DNA of 64,000 nucleotides from an uncultured delta proteobacterium (lineage in GTDB: Bacteria > Desulfobacterota > RBG-13-43-22): positions 1-64,000 of the forward strand of contig CAVQFQ010000017.1 in NCBI GenBank assembly GCA_963711835.1, in the 5' to 3' direction. The notes beneath the pieces are model-generated. The model was not told where the DNA came from, did not search any database, and was given only the letters and a program-made list of their open reading frames with translations. Every line of letters begins with the position of its first letter. Within the stretch, counting starts at the first letter, position 1. This document shows, in pieces, positions 9,756 to 18,787 of the stretch. The position numbers and the translations under genes are program-made.

Positions 9756-10982
9756 ATGTCTGTCATTACCTTAATCAGCGGAATTTTCTGTAAGGAGGAA
9801 CCGGTCATCCGGGAGATTCAAACCAAAACCGGTTACCTGCTGGTCGGTGATACCGGCCTGATGGCCAAGGCCGGCCGCTTTTCCGGTCTGGCCGAAACCA
9901 AGATCAGCCGCGCCTTTTCGGCCAAGACCTCGGTTTTCAACCAGTTCACCCATGAACGCGAACGTTCCATCGCCTATTTGAAATTGGCCCTGGCCGAGAT
10001 GCTCACCCAGGACAACCTGTTCATTCACGGTTATACCGGCCAATTGATTCCCAGGGAAATCAGCCATGTCCTTCGGGTCTGCTTGATCGCCGATATGAAA
10101 TTCAGGGTTTCTCGGGCCTTTAAAGAGCAAAATCTGCCTGAGGCCGAAGCCGTCAAACTGATTCGTAAAGAGGATGAAGACTACCGGGCCTGGGTCGGCC
10201 AGGTTACCCCGACCAAAGACCCCTGGGATCCTTCTCTATACGACATCCTGATCCCCATGGATAAAAAGAGTCCGGAAGAGGCCTCCGGCCTGATTGAAAA
10301 ATACCTCTCCCGGGATGTGGTCAAACCCACGCCCCATTCCCGGCAGGCGGTCCAGGATTTCCTCCTGGCCGCCAAAGTCGGGGTAGCCCTGGCTCAGGAA
10401 GGACACAATGTGGAAACCGCGGCGGCCGCCGGGGTCGTTACCTTGACCATCAACAAGCATGTCCTGTTGCTGGGCCGTTTGGAGGAGGAATTGAAAGCCA
10501 GCGCCGTAAAGGTCGCCGGGGTTCAATCGGTGCTGACCAAAGTGGGCCGGGATTTTCATCAAACCGACATCTATCGCAAGGTCGATTTTGAAGTGCCTTC
10601 CAAGGTCCTTCTGGTGGACGACGAGCGGGAATTTGTCCAAACCCTGTCCGAGCGGTTGATCTTAAGAGACATGGGTTCGGCCGTGGCCTATGATGGGGAA
10701 TCGGCCCTCACCCTCGTTAAGGAGGACGAACCCGAAGTCATGATTTTGGATTTAAAGATGCCCGGCATTGACGGGATCGAGGTCTTACGGAGGGTTAAAG
10801 AGACCCGTCCGGAAATCGAGGTCATTATACTGACCGGCCATGGATCAGAGGCCGATCGGGAAACCTGCCTGAGGCTGGGGGCCTTTGCCTATCTCCAGAA
10901 GCCGGTGGACATTGAGGTGCTGAGCCAGACCCTGAAAAAGGCCAATGAGAAAATTCAACAAAACAGGAAGGCTGCCCTTTAA
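9756..10982 (+). CDS. Cytidylate-kinase-like domain fused to a C-terminal receiver domain
   Basis: N-terminal CMK-like fold (RVCLIAD, DPSLYD); C-terminal VLLVDDE, ILDLKMPGIDG, LTGHG, KP. Confidence 0.8.
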   Translation: MSVITLISGIFCKEEPVIREIQTKTGYLLVGDTGLMAKAGRFSGLAETKISRAFSAKTSVFNQFTHERERSIAYLKLALAEMLTQDNLFIHGYTGQLIPREISHVLRVCLIADMKFRVSRAFKEQNLPEAEAVKLIRKEDEDYRAWVGQVTPTKDPWDPSLYDILIPMDKKSPEEASGLIEKYLSRDVVKPTPHSRQAVQDFLLAAKVGVALAQEGHNVETAAAAGVVTLTINKHVLLLGRLEEELKASAVKVAGVQSVLTKVGRDFHQTDIYRKVDFEVPSKVLLVDDEREFVQTLSERLILRDMGSAVAYDGESALTLVKEDEPEVMILDLKMPGIDGIEVLRRVKETRPEIEVIILTGHGSEADRETCLRLGAFAYLQKPVDIEVLSQTLKKANEKIQQNRKAAL

Positions 10983-11027
10983 TATGTCCTTTCGAAATCC
11001 CGACCGGTGCCGGGAGCAGGTACCCTA

Positions 11028-12758
11028 ATGGCCCTGACAGAAAAAATCAAACCGAAATTCTGGGATCACCAGGACGTTTCGGCCGGACTCTACAAACCGC
11101 TCTTTAATTTCAGAAGAATATGGCGGCTGGCGGTCCTGTTGACTGCCGGCGTCACCCTGGTACCCCTTATTTTCATGGCCCTTATAGACTACCGGGTAAC
11201 CCAGCAGGCTATCGAGTCGGAGATACTCCTGCGTACCGCCCGTCTCGTTTCCAATACCAGACGTTCCATCGCCTTTTTTCTGGGAGAACGCAAGTCGGCC
11301 CTCGATTTCATTAATAAAGATAATCCGATCGCCGCCTTAAATGATCCGAAACGATTAATGGTCCTTCTAAAAAACTTAAAAGAAGGCTTCGGCGGTTTTG
11401 TCGATCTGGGGGTGATTGATTCTACTGGGGTTCAAAGGACCTACGTCGGGCCTTACCATCTGGAAGGGATCAACTACAGCAACCAGGAATGGTTTCGGCA
11501 GGTGGTCCAAAAGGGCCTTTATATCAGCGATGTCTTTGAGGGATTCCGGCAGGTCCCCCACCTGGTGATCGCCGCCAAACACGATTTGCCGGAGGGCTCT
11601 TTCTCTGTGCTTCGGGCCACGCTTGAAACGGAACGATTTAACGACTTGCTTTCCGGATTGGAGATGAGCGGCCTGGGCGACGCTTTCATCATCAACCGCC
11701 AGGGCAACCTTCAAACTCCCTCCCATTCTCATGGCAAGGTTCTCGACCGGGTCAGCTTCCCCATCCCCCAATACGCTCCCAAGACCCAGGTGTTTGAAGG
11801 GAAAAACGCCGAGGGAGCACCCCTGGTTATCGGCTATGCCTATATTTCCGAGACGCCCTTTATCCTGATGATTGTCAAACAAAAAAGCGAGCTGATGAAT
11901 CCCTGGTATCGGACCCGAATGCAACTCATCGGCTTTTTGGCCTTCAGTGTGACCGTCATCCTTTTGGTGATTTTAGGGGTGGCCACTTATCTGGTGAACA
12001 GGATTTTCATGGCCGACCAGAGGCGGGTCATGACCCTCCATCAGGTGGAGTATTCCAACAAGATGGCCTCGTTGGGCCGGTTGGCCTCCGGGGTGGCCCA
12101 TGAAATCAACAATCCTCTGGCCATCATCAACGAAAAAGCCGGGCTGATTAAGGACCTTTTTACCTTTAAAGCGCATTATGACCAAGACCCGAAGCTTGTG
12201 GGCCTGGTGGATTCCATCCTTCTTTCGGTCCAGCGCTGTGCCGCGATCACCAAACGTCTCTTAGGTTTCGCCCGTCACATGGAAGTGACTATTCAACCGA
12301 TCAATCTGGAAGAAGGGATCCGCGAAATCTTGAGTTTCCTGGAAAAAGAAGCCGAATATCGCAGCATTGTCGTTTCCGTGGCCGTCCTCGATGAAATCCC
12401 CACCTTCGAAAGCGACCGGGGGAAGTTACAGCAAATTTTTCTTAATGTGGTCAACAATGCCTTTGCCGCCCTGGCAGACGGAGGGCGGCTGGATATTACC
12501 CTTAAACGGATTGAACCCCATCGTGTTTCCATTGCCTTTGCCGACAACGGCTGCGGCATTCCCGAAACCGATCTTAAAAGGGTCTTTGAGCCCTTCTTCA
12601 CCACCAAGGCCGAAAAGGGGGGAACCGGTTTGGGCCTCTCCATCACCTATGGATTGGTTCAAGAATTGGGGGGAGAAATAACCGTCCAGAGCGAAATCGG
12701 GAAAGGAACGACCTTTACGATCATGCTGCCTCTCGATAAGCGCGAAAAGGAGAATTAA
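11028..12758 (+). CDS. Membrane sensor histidine kinase (Cache-type sensor)
   Basis: Two TM segments; H-box GVAHEINNPL; N box, DNGCGI, FEPFFTTK and GTGLGL boxes. Confidence 0.92.
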   Translation: MALTEKIKPKFWDHQDVSAGLYKPLFNFRRIWRLAVLLTAGVTLVPLIFMALIDYRVTQQAIESEILLRTARLVSNTRRSIAFFLGERKSALDFINKDNPIAALNDPKRLMVLLKNLKEGFGGFVDLGVIDSTGVQRTYVGPYHLEGINYSNQEWFRQVVQKGLYISDVFEGFRQVPHLVIAAKHDLPEGSFSVLRATLETERFNDLLSGLEMSGLGDAFIINRQGNLQTPSHSHGKVLDRVSFPIPQYAPKTQVFEGKNAEGAPLVIGYAYISETPFILMIVKQKSELMNPWYRTRMQLIGFLAFSVTVILLVILGVATYLVNRIFMADQRRVMTLHQVEYSNKMASLGRLASGVAHEINNPLAIINEKAGLIKDLFTFKAHYDQDPKLVGLVDSILLSVQRCAAITKRLLGFARHMEVTIQPINLEEGIREILSFLEKEAEYRSIVVSVAVLDEIPTFESDRGKLQQIFLNVVNNAFAALADGGRLDITLKRIEPHRVSIAFADNGCGIPETDLKRVFEPFFTTKAEKGGTGLGLSITYGLVQELGGEITVQSEIGKGTTFTIMLPLDKREKEN

Positions 12759-12759
12759 C

Positions 12760-13119
12760 ATGCAGGTTTTGCTGGTTGATGACGAGCAGGAGTTGGTGTC
12801 GACACTGGCGGAGCGCCTGGAGATGAGAGGTATTGAGGCCGACTGGGTTACTACAGCCGAGGAAGCCTTAAACCAGGTGGACCAGCGGCCTTATGATCTG
12901 GCGGTTCTGGACATTAAGATGCCCAAATTGAGCGGGATTGCCCTCAAGAAAAAACTCCAGGAAAAACGTCCCGACCTGAAATTTATTTTCCTCACCGGCC
13001 ATGGTTCGGAAGATGATTTTATAGCCGGATCAGCCGAGGCCGGCTCTGATTATTATCTCGTAAAACCCCTGGACATTGAGATCCTAATCGCTAAAATGAA
13101 TAAAATTCTCGAGACCTGA
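12760..13119 (+). CDS. Single-domain response regulator
   Basis: VLLVDDE, VLDIKMP, LTGHG, KP. Confidence 0.9.
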   Translation: MQVLLVDDEQELVSTLAERLEMRGIEADWVTTAEEALNQVDQRPYDLAVLDIKMPKLSGIALKKKLQEKRPDLKFIFLTGHGSEDDFIAGSAEAGSDYYLVKPLDIEILIAKMNKILET

Positions 13120-13129
13120 AGGAGGGGCT

Positions 13130-13819
13130 ATGAAGGTCGAATGGGAAATCCTGGGACAGGAAGGATTTCAGTTCTTTGGGAAGATGTCCGCCTCCATCTC
13201 CCACGAAATTAAAAATACCCTGGCCATTATTAATGAAAATGCCGGGCTGTTGGAAGATTTTACGATCATGGCCGAAAAAGGCCTGCCCCTTAATCCCGAA
13301 AGGCTCAAGGGCCTGGCCGGAAAGATATTCGTTCAAATCCGGAGGGCCGATGGGATCATCAAGAACCTGAATCGTTTTGCCCATAGTGCGGATGAATGGG
13401 TCAAAGCGGTTGATCTCTTCGAAACCCTGGAACTGGTGACCGCCCTTTCCGAACGCTTCGCTGCCCGCCGAAGTCTAACCCTGTCCCTTGCTCCTTTTCC
13501 GGAACCCCTATCGCTCACCACCTATCCCTTTTTTCTCGAAAACCTGCTCTGGCTTTGCCTGGATTTTGTCATGGCCCAGGCCCAAGCCGGCAAGACTATT
13601 TTTTTGACCGGCGAGAAAAGACCGGGGGGCCTCCAAATACGGTTTGGGGGAATCGAAAACGGCAATGAAAACCGGCCATCCGATTTTCCCTCCCCCAGGG
13701 AAAAAGCCCTGCTGAGCGTCCTCGGGGGAGACCTTCATTTTGATGTCTTTAAACGGGAGGTTAGTCCTGACGTTGCCCCAGGACCTCAGGAGTTGACCCC
13801 CCTTTTTATGGCTTTATAA
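13130..13819 (+). CDS. HisKA-containing protein with degenerate ATPase domain
   Basis: H-box SISHEIKNTLA is present; no recognisable G1/F/G2 boxes. Confidence 0.7.
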   Translation: MKVEWEILGQEGFQFFGKMSASISHEIKNTLAIINENAGLLEDFTIMAEKGLPLNPERLKGLAGKIFVQIRRADGIIKNLNRFAHSADEWVKAVDLFETLELVTALSERFAARRSLTLSLAPFPEPLSLTTYPFFLENLLWLCLDFVMAQAQAGKTIFLTGEKRPGGLQIRFGGIENGNENRPSDFPSPREKALLSVLGGDLHFDVFKREVSPDVAPGPQELTPLFMAL

Positions 13820-13843
13820 AACATTTTTGAAAGGAGTCCGATC

Positions 13844-14272
13844 ATGTCTGAAAAAGTTCTATTAGTCGACGATGAAGGTGATTTTTTGGAAGCCCTATCC
13901 CAACGAATGACCTCCAGGGGAATGGAGGTAACCACGACCACTTCGGCCCGGGAGGCCATTAAGAAGGTCGAGGAAGGATCCTTCGATGCCGTCATCCTGG
14001 ACCTCATGATGCCTGAGATGGACGGCCTTGAGGTGCTGCAAACCCTCAAACAGAAAAAACCTGAGATCCAGGTCATCTTACTTACCGGTCATGCCAGCGT
14101 AGCCAAAGGCATCGAAGCCATGAAGCTGGGGGCCATGGATTTCCTTGAAAAGCCGGCCGAGATTAAAGAATTGACCGAAAAAATAAAAAAGGCCCAGGCC
14201 AAGAAGATGATCCTGGTCGAAAAACGCAATGAGGAAAAGATCCAAAAGATACTCGTCGATCGCGGCTGGTAA
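13844..14272 (+). CDS. Response regulator (receiver)
   Basis: VLLVDDE, ILDLMMPEMDG, LTGHA, FLEKP. Confidence 0.9.
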   Translation: MSEKVLLVDDEGDFLEALSQRMTSRGMEVTTTTSAREAIKKVEEGSFDAVILDLMMPEMDGLEVLQTLKQKKPEIQVILLTGHASVAKGIEAMKLGAMDFLEKPAEIKELTEKIKKAQAKKMILVEKRNEEKIQKILVDRGW

Positions 14273-14357
14273 CAGGAGGGGTCCGAAAGACTAAGCAAAG
14301 CCATTTGAACTTTTTTCTAACGTCCTGAAGAAATGGTGCAGGGAGGTCTTATTTTTT

Positions 14358-14742
14358 GGGAGTGTCCCAAAGTTACGTGATTCTCAAACCGAAGGGGTAG
14401 CCTCTTAAAATATTAAATCACCCCAAAGGGCTTCAGGGGTCTTGATTTCAAGGTTGTCCGAAAGGGTATCCGTAGCCCCAAACTGGGATCCACTCCGCAG
14501 GAGTGGGACTGAGCATTGTTTTGGATGCGAAGAACCCGGCCCGAATTTCTAAGTTGGTTGGGAGCCGGGCATTCACCCAAAACGATAAATAGCTTTGGTG
14601 GTGGCCTGTTTCTTAACCCACCCATAAACTTCCTGCCCGGGTTCAGGCTGCCGGTGTTTTGGCGGACAATCCTTGAAATCAAGACCCCTGAAGCCCTCTA
14701 TGAATGGAGTGCTTAAAAATCACCTAACGTTGGGACAAACTC
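14358..14742. mobile_element. MITE-like element (shell type 2) with inner IR-bounded structured module
   Basis: Ends GGGAGTGTCCCAAAGTTACGTGATT / AATCACCTAACGTTGGGACAAACTC. Flanks TATTTTTT / TATTTTTA (7 of 8 match). Perfect 27-bp inner IR at 14427-14453 / 14671-14697. Confidence 0.8.
14454..14669 (+). ncRNA. Putative 6S-RNA-like structured RNA (copy 2)
   Basis: By-eye fold is a long rod with a central bubble and many G-U pairs on the + strand. Contains CCGAA...TTGGGAGCC and CCCACC...CGGGTTCA motifs. Not verified by a covariance model. Confidence 0.45.
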
Positions 14743-14809
14743 TATTTTTATGGTATAGTGGTCCTGATCTGAATTCGTTAACCCGACGGCCGGGTCACCC
14801 CCTAAAAAA

Positions 14810-16813
14810 ATGGCCTCCCCTTCTTCCTCAAAACGTTCCCGGCGCCCGGCTAAGAAACGCCCTTTCTGGATCTCTCGGATCCTTCTCCTGATTATCCTGT
14901 TGGTGATTCTGGTAGGAACACCGCTGGTCCTTTATTACGGCATCCTCCTTTACCAGATCCCGGACATCACCTCTTTGAAGGACTACCAGCCGGCCCTGGC
15001 AACCCGCATCCTGGCCGAGGAGGGAACACTGATCGGGCTCTTGTTTCAGGAAAAAAGGATCCTGGTCCCCTTATCGGACCTGCCTCCCCTGCTCATCCAG
15101 GCCTTTATCGCTTCCGAGGACTCCCGCTTTTTTAAACACCGGGGTCTTGATTTTTTAAGTATCCTGCGGGCCGTTTTGAAAAATATCTGGGCCGGGGAAA
15201 TCGTCCAGGGGGGAAGTACCATAACCCAGCAGGTTACCAAGTCCCTTTTGCTGACCCCGGAAAAAAGTTATTCCCGAAAAATCAAAGAAGCCCTCCTGGC
15301 TTACCGTCTGGATCAAAATCTTTCCAAGGAAGAAATCCTTTTCATCTACCTGAATCAGATCTACCTGGGCCACGGGGCCTACGGGATCGAAGCCGCGGCC
15401 CAGACCTATTTCGGGAAAAAGGCCCGCAATCTCAGCCTGTCTGAAAGCGCCCTCTTGGCCGGACTTCCCCAGGCCCCGAGCAGGTATTCACCTCTCCTCC
15501 ATCCGAAAAAGGCCAAAGAACGACAAGGCTATGTCTTGACTCGAATGGCCGAAGAAGGTTTTATTTCCGAAACGGAGGCCCTTCAGGCAGCCGGAAGCCC
15601 TCTGGCTTTTGCCAAGAATACGAACCTTAACCAGCTCATGGCCCCTCATCTGATCGATATGGTCAGGAAATTTCTCTTTCAGGCCTGGGGTTCGGACCGG
15701 GTCCTCAAGGCCGGGCTGGTGGTCCAGACCACTTTGGATCCTCTCTTCCAGGAAGCGGCCTTGGCGGCCGTAAAAAATGGGACGGCTCAAATCCAAAAAC
15801 GCCGCCACAACACCAGCCCCGGCCAAAATCCGGTGGAAGGGGCCCTGCTTTGCATCGAAGGGGCCTCCGGGGCGGTCAAGGCCCTGGTGGGGGGGAAGGA
15901 TCATTCCCTGACCGAGTTCAATCGGGTGGTCCAGTCCAGAAGGCAGCCCGGCTCGGCTTTTAAACCCATTATCTATTCGGCGGCTATTGATAAAGGTTTT
16001 ACTCCGGCGACGGAGCTGAACGACGCCCCTCTTTCCTTTGGAGGACCGGTGCCTTGGCATCCCCAGAATTTTGACCTCCAGTTTCTTGGACCGACGACTT
16101 TAAGGACCGCCTTGATTCAATCCCGGAATATTGTCTCCATCAAGATCCTTCAACGGATCGGCGTTAACTATGCCGTTGATTACGCAAAGCGCCTGGGTAT
16201 CACGTCCGCCCTTTATCCCAATCTTTCCCTGGCCCTGGGGGCTTCGGGAATTTCTCTTTGGGAAATGGTAACGGCCTACAATTGCTTTCCTAACGGAGGC
16301 CGGCGGGTGTCCCCTTATTATATCAAACGGATTACCGATCGAACCGGCCGGGTTCTTTATGAACACCAGCCGAAGATCGAACCGGTTCTCGATCCCGATT
16401 CCGCCTATATCATGACCCACCTTCTGGAAGGCGTAGTTAAAGAAGGGACCGGCTGGCGGCTTAAGGCCCTGGGAAGACCCGTAGCCGGGAAAACCGGAAC
16501 CACCAATGAATTCAGGGATGCCTGGTTTATCGGCTTTACGCCTCAGGTTACCGCCGGCGTCTGGGTGGGCATTGATGATTTAACCCCCCTGGGCCAGGGA
16601 GAAACCGGGGCCCAAGCCGCCGCTCCTATTTTTCTGGAGTTTTTTCAAAAGGCCCTGACCGCGGTCCCGGCCCTGGATTTTCCCGTTCCTCCGGGTATCG
16701 TTTTTCAGCCCATGAAAGGGGCCGGGAAAGATCCCCGGAACCGCGGTTTGGTCATGGAGGCCTTTAAGGGAGCGCCGGAAAAACCGGCCGGTGAAATCGA
16801 CGGGGAGCGCTAA
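14810..16813 (+). CDS. mrcA: Penicillin-binding protein 1A (transglycosylase/transpeptidase)
   Basis: EDSRFFKH, GGSTITQQ, RKIKE; SxxK (SAFK), SRN and KTGT motifs. Confidence 0.92.
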   Translation: MASPSSSKRSRRPAKKRPFWISRILLLIILLVILVGTPLVLYYGILLYQIPDITSLKDYQPALATRILAEEGTLIGLLFQEKRILVPLSDLPPLLIQAFIASEDSRFFKHRGLDFLSILRAVLKNIWAGEIVQGGSTITQQVTKSLLLTPEKSYSRKIKEALLAYRLDQNLSKEEILFIYLNQIYLGHGAYGIEAAAQTYFGKKARNLSLSESALLAGLPQAPSRYSPLLHPKKAKERQGYVLTRMAEEGFISETEALQAAGSPLAFAKNTNLNQLMAPHLIDMVRKFLFQAWGSDRVLKAGLVVQTTLDPLFQEAALAAVKNGTAQIQKRRHNTSPGQNPVEGALLCIEGASGAVKALVGGKDHSLTEFNRVVQSRRQPGSAFKPIIYSAAIDKGFTPATELNDAPLSFGGPVPWHPQNFDLQFLGPTTLRTALIQSRNIVSIKILQRIGVNYAVDYAKRLGITSALYPNLSLALGASGISLWEMVTAYNCFPNGGRRVSPYYIKRITDRTGRVLYEHQPKIEPVLDPDSAYIMTHLLEGVVKEGTGWRLKALGRPVAGKTGTTNEFRDAWFIGFTPQVTAGVWVGIDDLTPLGQGETGAQAAAPIFLEFFQKALTAVPALDFPVPPGIVFQPMKGAGKDPRNRGLVMEAFKGAPEKPAGEIDGER

Positions 16814-16819
16814 ATAAAA

Positions 16820-16855
16820 ACCCCCTGCTCTTTCCTTCAACCGAGAGCAGGGGGC
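16820..16855. terminator. Intrinsic terminator between convergent genes
   Basis: CCCCCTGCTCT...AGAGCAGGGGG stem with an A-run on its left. Confidence 0.7.
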
Positions 16856-16886
16856 CATTAGGGGAAGATCATCAAAAAAATCGGGC

Positions 16887-17555
16887 TTAAATATCCTTCA
16901 GGTTGTCCTTCACCGAGTAAAGGAGAATAAAGTTTTTATCCAGGTCGTCGGTCAGGGTCTTTAACTTGTCTTCGGGCAGGTCCTTGATCCGGATATAGAC
17001 ATGGCGGCAGTTCTCATCGCACATATCATAGGAGCTCAAGATACTGACCATCCGCCCCCCGTGCTTACGGATCGTATCGGCCACCTCCTTGATGGAGCCG
17101 GGACGATCTTCCAGGTTGAAGGCAAACTGGATACTCCCTCGATAGACCCCGGTCAGGGAAACCAGGACCTTAAAGATATCGCCCTGGGTGATGATCCCGA
17201 CCATTTTTCCTTTATCATTAACCACCGGCAGACCGGAGATGCGATGCTCCAGCATCTTTACGGCGGCTTTTTCAACCGTTTCTTCGGGCCCGATCGTCAC
17301 CAGCCCTTTGCTCATGATGTCTTTTAGTTTGAGTTCGGAAAGCAGATAGTAAAGCTCATGGACGTCCAAGGTAGTGGCCTTGGAGGGGGAGGCTTCTTTA
17401 ATGTCCCGATCCGTAACCACTCCCACCAGTTTGCCTTTTCGCATAACCGGCAACCGGCGGACGTTATTCTCCTTCATTATTTGAGAGGCCTTCATCATCG
17501 AGGTGTCTTCATCAGCGGTTAAGACGTCACTGGTCATCCATCCTTTAACCAACAT
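16887..17555 (-). CDS. CBS-pair + ACT domain protein (AcuB-like)
   Basis: Two CBS repeats (RRLPV, ISGLPVV) and ACT motif EDRPGSI. Confidence 0.88.
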   Translation of the reverse strand: MLVKGWMTSDVLTADEDTSMMKASQIMKENNVRRLPVMRKGKLVGVVTDRDIKEASPSKATTLDVHELYYLLSELKLKDIMSKGLVTIGPEETVEKAAVKMLEHRISGLPVVNDKGKMVGIITQGDIFKVLVSLTGVYRGSIQFAFNLEDRPGSIKEVADTIRKHGGRMVSILSSYDMCDENCRHVYIRIKDLPEDKLKTLTDDLDKNFILLYSVKDNLKDI

Positions 17556-17728
17556 AGGCGTTCCTCCAGATTTTAGAAATATAAACCTCGGCTTCCATTT
17601 CTTAAAAAACCGGTCTACGGAGGCCTTTCTTTTGGCTATCTTATTATAATGGCAAGGATTGTCAAGTTTTTTTTAGATCCGGGCCTCTTGACGGACGAAC
17701 CATCCGGGGTCTGGCGGCAGACGCCTCC

Positions 17729-18334
17729 CTACCCTTCTCCAGAAAAGAATGAGAAGACCCCCATAAAAAGGATCAGCACCATCAGGATTGAGAAAAGAAG
17801 GGCCGCCAAGACCCTTCCCATAGACATCCGGTGGATGGTTTTAAGCCCCACAAGCTGGGTCAGGACGACCCAGACCGCCCCGATGATTCCACCGGCCCAG
17901 GGCAGGATACTCCAGATCATTCCGGCCTGGGAATAGGACAGGCATTTAAAAGTCTGTGAGAAAGACCTGGGACCGGCTCCAAAAATCCTCAGAAAGGGAT
18001 AAAAAAGGATAGTCAATAAGGCCTGCTGCACCATAATGAGCATCGGGATTAAGCCTATTCCTGAAAGCATGAATAGAATCCTGATTTCTACAGCCGGTGG
18101 CTCCAGCTCCTCGACCGAGGAAAAAAGAAGGCCGAACACACCTTGCCAGAAAACCAGGGCCGACATCCCGATCGATCCGGAAATGATCGCCACGGAAAGA
18201 GACGGGCCTATTTTTTCCTCCTGGGGCAGGGTACTGAAAAAAGGGCCGGGATGGAACAGGATGGCCGTTATTTTCCCGAACAGAGAAACCGTTCTTTCGG
18301 CTGTCGGCCGGGTCTGGATTTCGGGTTGTTCCAT
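17729..18334 (-). CDS. YIP1 family membrane protein
   Basis: ILFHPGPFF start, about 5 hydrophobic helices, YSQ motif. Confidence 0.7.
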   Translation of the reverse strand: MEQPEIQTRPTAERTVSLFGKITAILFHPGPFFSTLPQEEKIGPSLSVAIISGSIGMSALVFWQGVFGLLFSSVEELEPPAVEIRILFMLSGIGLIPMLIMVQQALLTILFYPFLRIFGAGPRSFSQTFKCLSYSQAGMIWSILPWAGGIIGAVWVVLTQLVGLKTIHRMSMGRVLAALLFSILMVLILFMGVFSFFSGEG

Positions 18335-18358
18335 AAAATTTCTTCCTTTAAAAGAAGC

Positions 18359-18690
18359 CAGTTTGTCCCAACGTTACGTGATTTTTAAGCACTCCATTCA
18401 TAGAGGACTTCAGGGGTCTTGATTTCAAGGTTGTCCGAAAGGGTATCCGTAGCCCCAATCCGGCCCGAATTCCTAAGTGGGTTGGGAGCCGGGCATTCAC
18501 CTAAGACGATAAATCGCCTTGGTGTTGGCCTGTTTCTAAATCCACCTATAAACTTCCTGCCCGGGTTCATGCTGCCGGCGTTTTGGCGGACAATCCTTGA
18601 AATCAAGACCCCTGAAGCCCTTTGGAGTGATTTAATATTTTAAGAGACACCCCCTTCGGTTTGAGAATCACGTAACTTTGGGACTATCCC
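18359..18690. mobile_element. MITE-like element (shell type 2, opposite shell orientation) with the same inner module
   Basis: Perfect 8-bp TSD AAAGAAGC (18351-18358, 18691-18698). Shell is the reverse complement of the 14358-14742 shell. Inner IR at 18404-18430 / 18595-18621. Confidence 0.85.
18431..18593 (+). ncRNA. Putative 6S-RNA-like structured RNA (copy 3)
   Basis: Homologous to 14454-14669 and 3319-3482, with pairing-preserving substitutions. Confidence 0.45.
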
Positions 18691-18696
18691 AAAGAA

Positions 18697-18785
18697 GCAG
18701 TCGGCGATCAGATAGCAGCCCTCAGCCAATTAATTGTCTTTAAAAGGGTTTCCCTGAAAGCTGATTGCTGACCGCTGAAGGCTGT
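18697..18785. repeat. Short-period TCAGC / GCTGA inverted repeat
   Basis: GTCGGCGATCAG..AGCAGCCCTCAGC vs GCTGATTGCTGACCGCTGAAGGCTG; a related piece lies near 5230. Confidence 0.55.
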
Positions 18786-18787
18786 TT

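Noticed and set aside
14413-14716. Small ORFs across the nested repeats (also 3282-3464 and 18385-18643)
   Set aside because: They start within the inverted repeats on both strands, lack an RBS, and frames are not conserved between copies.
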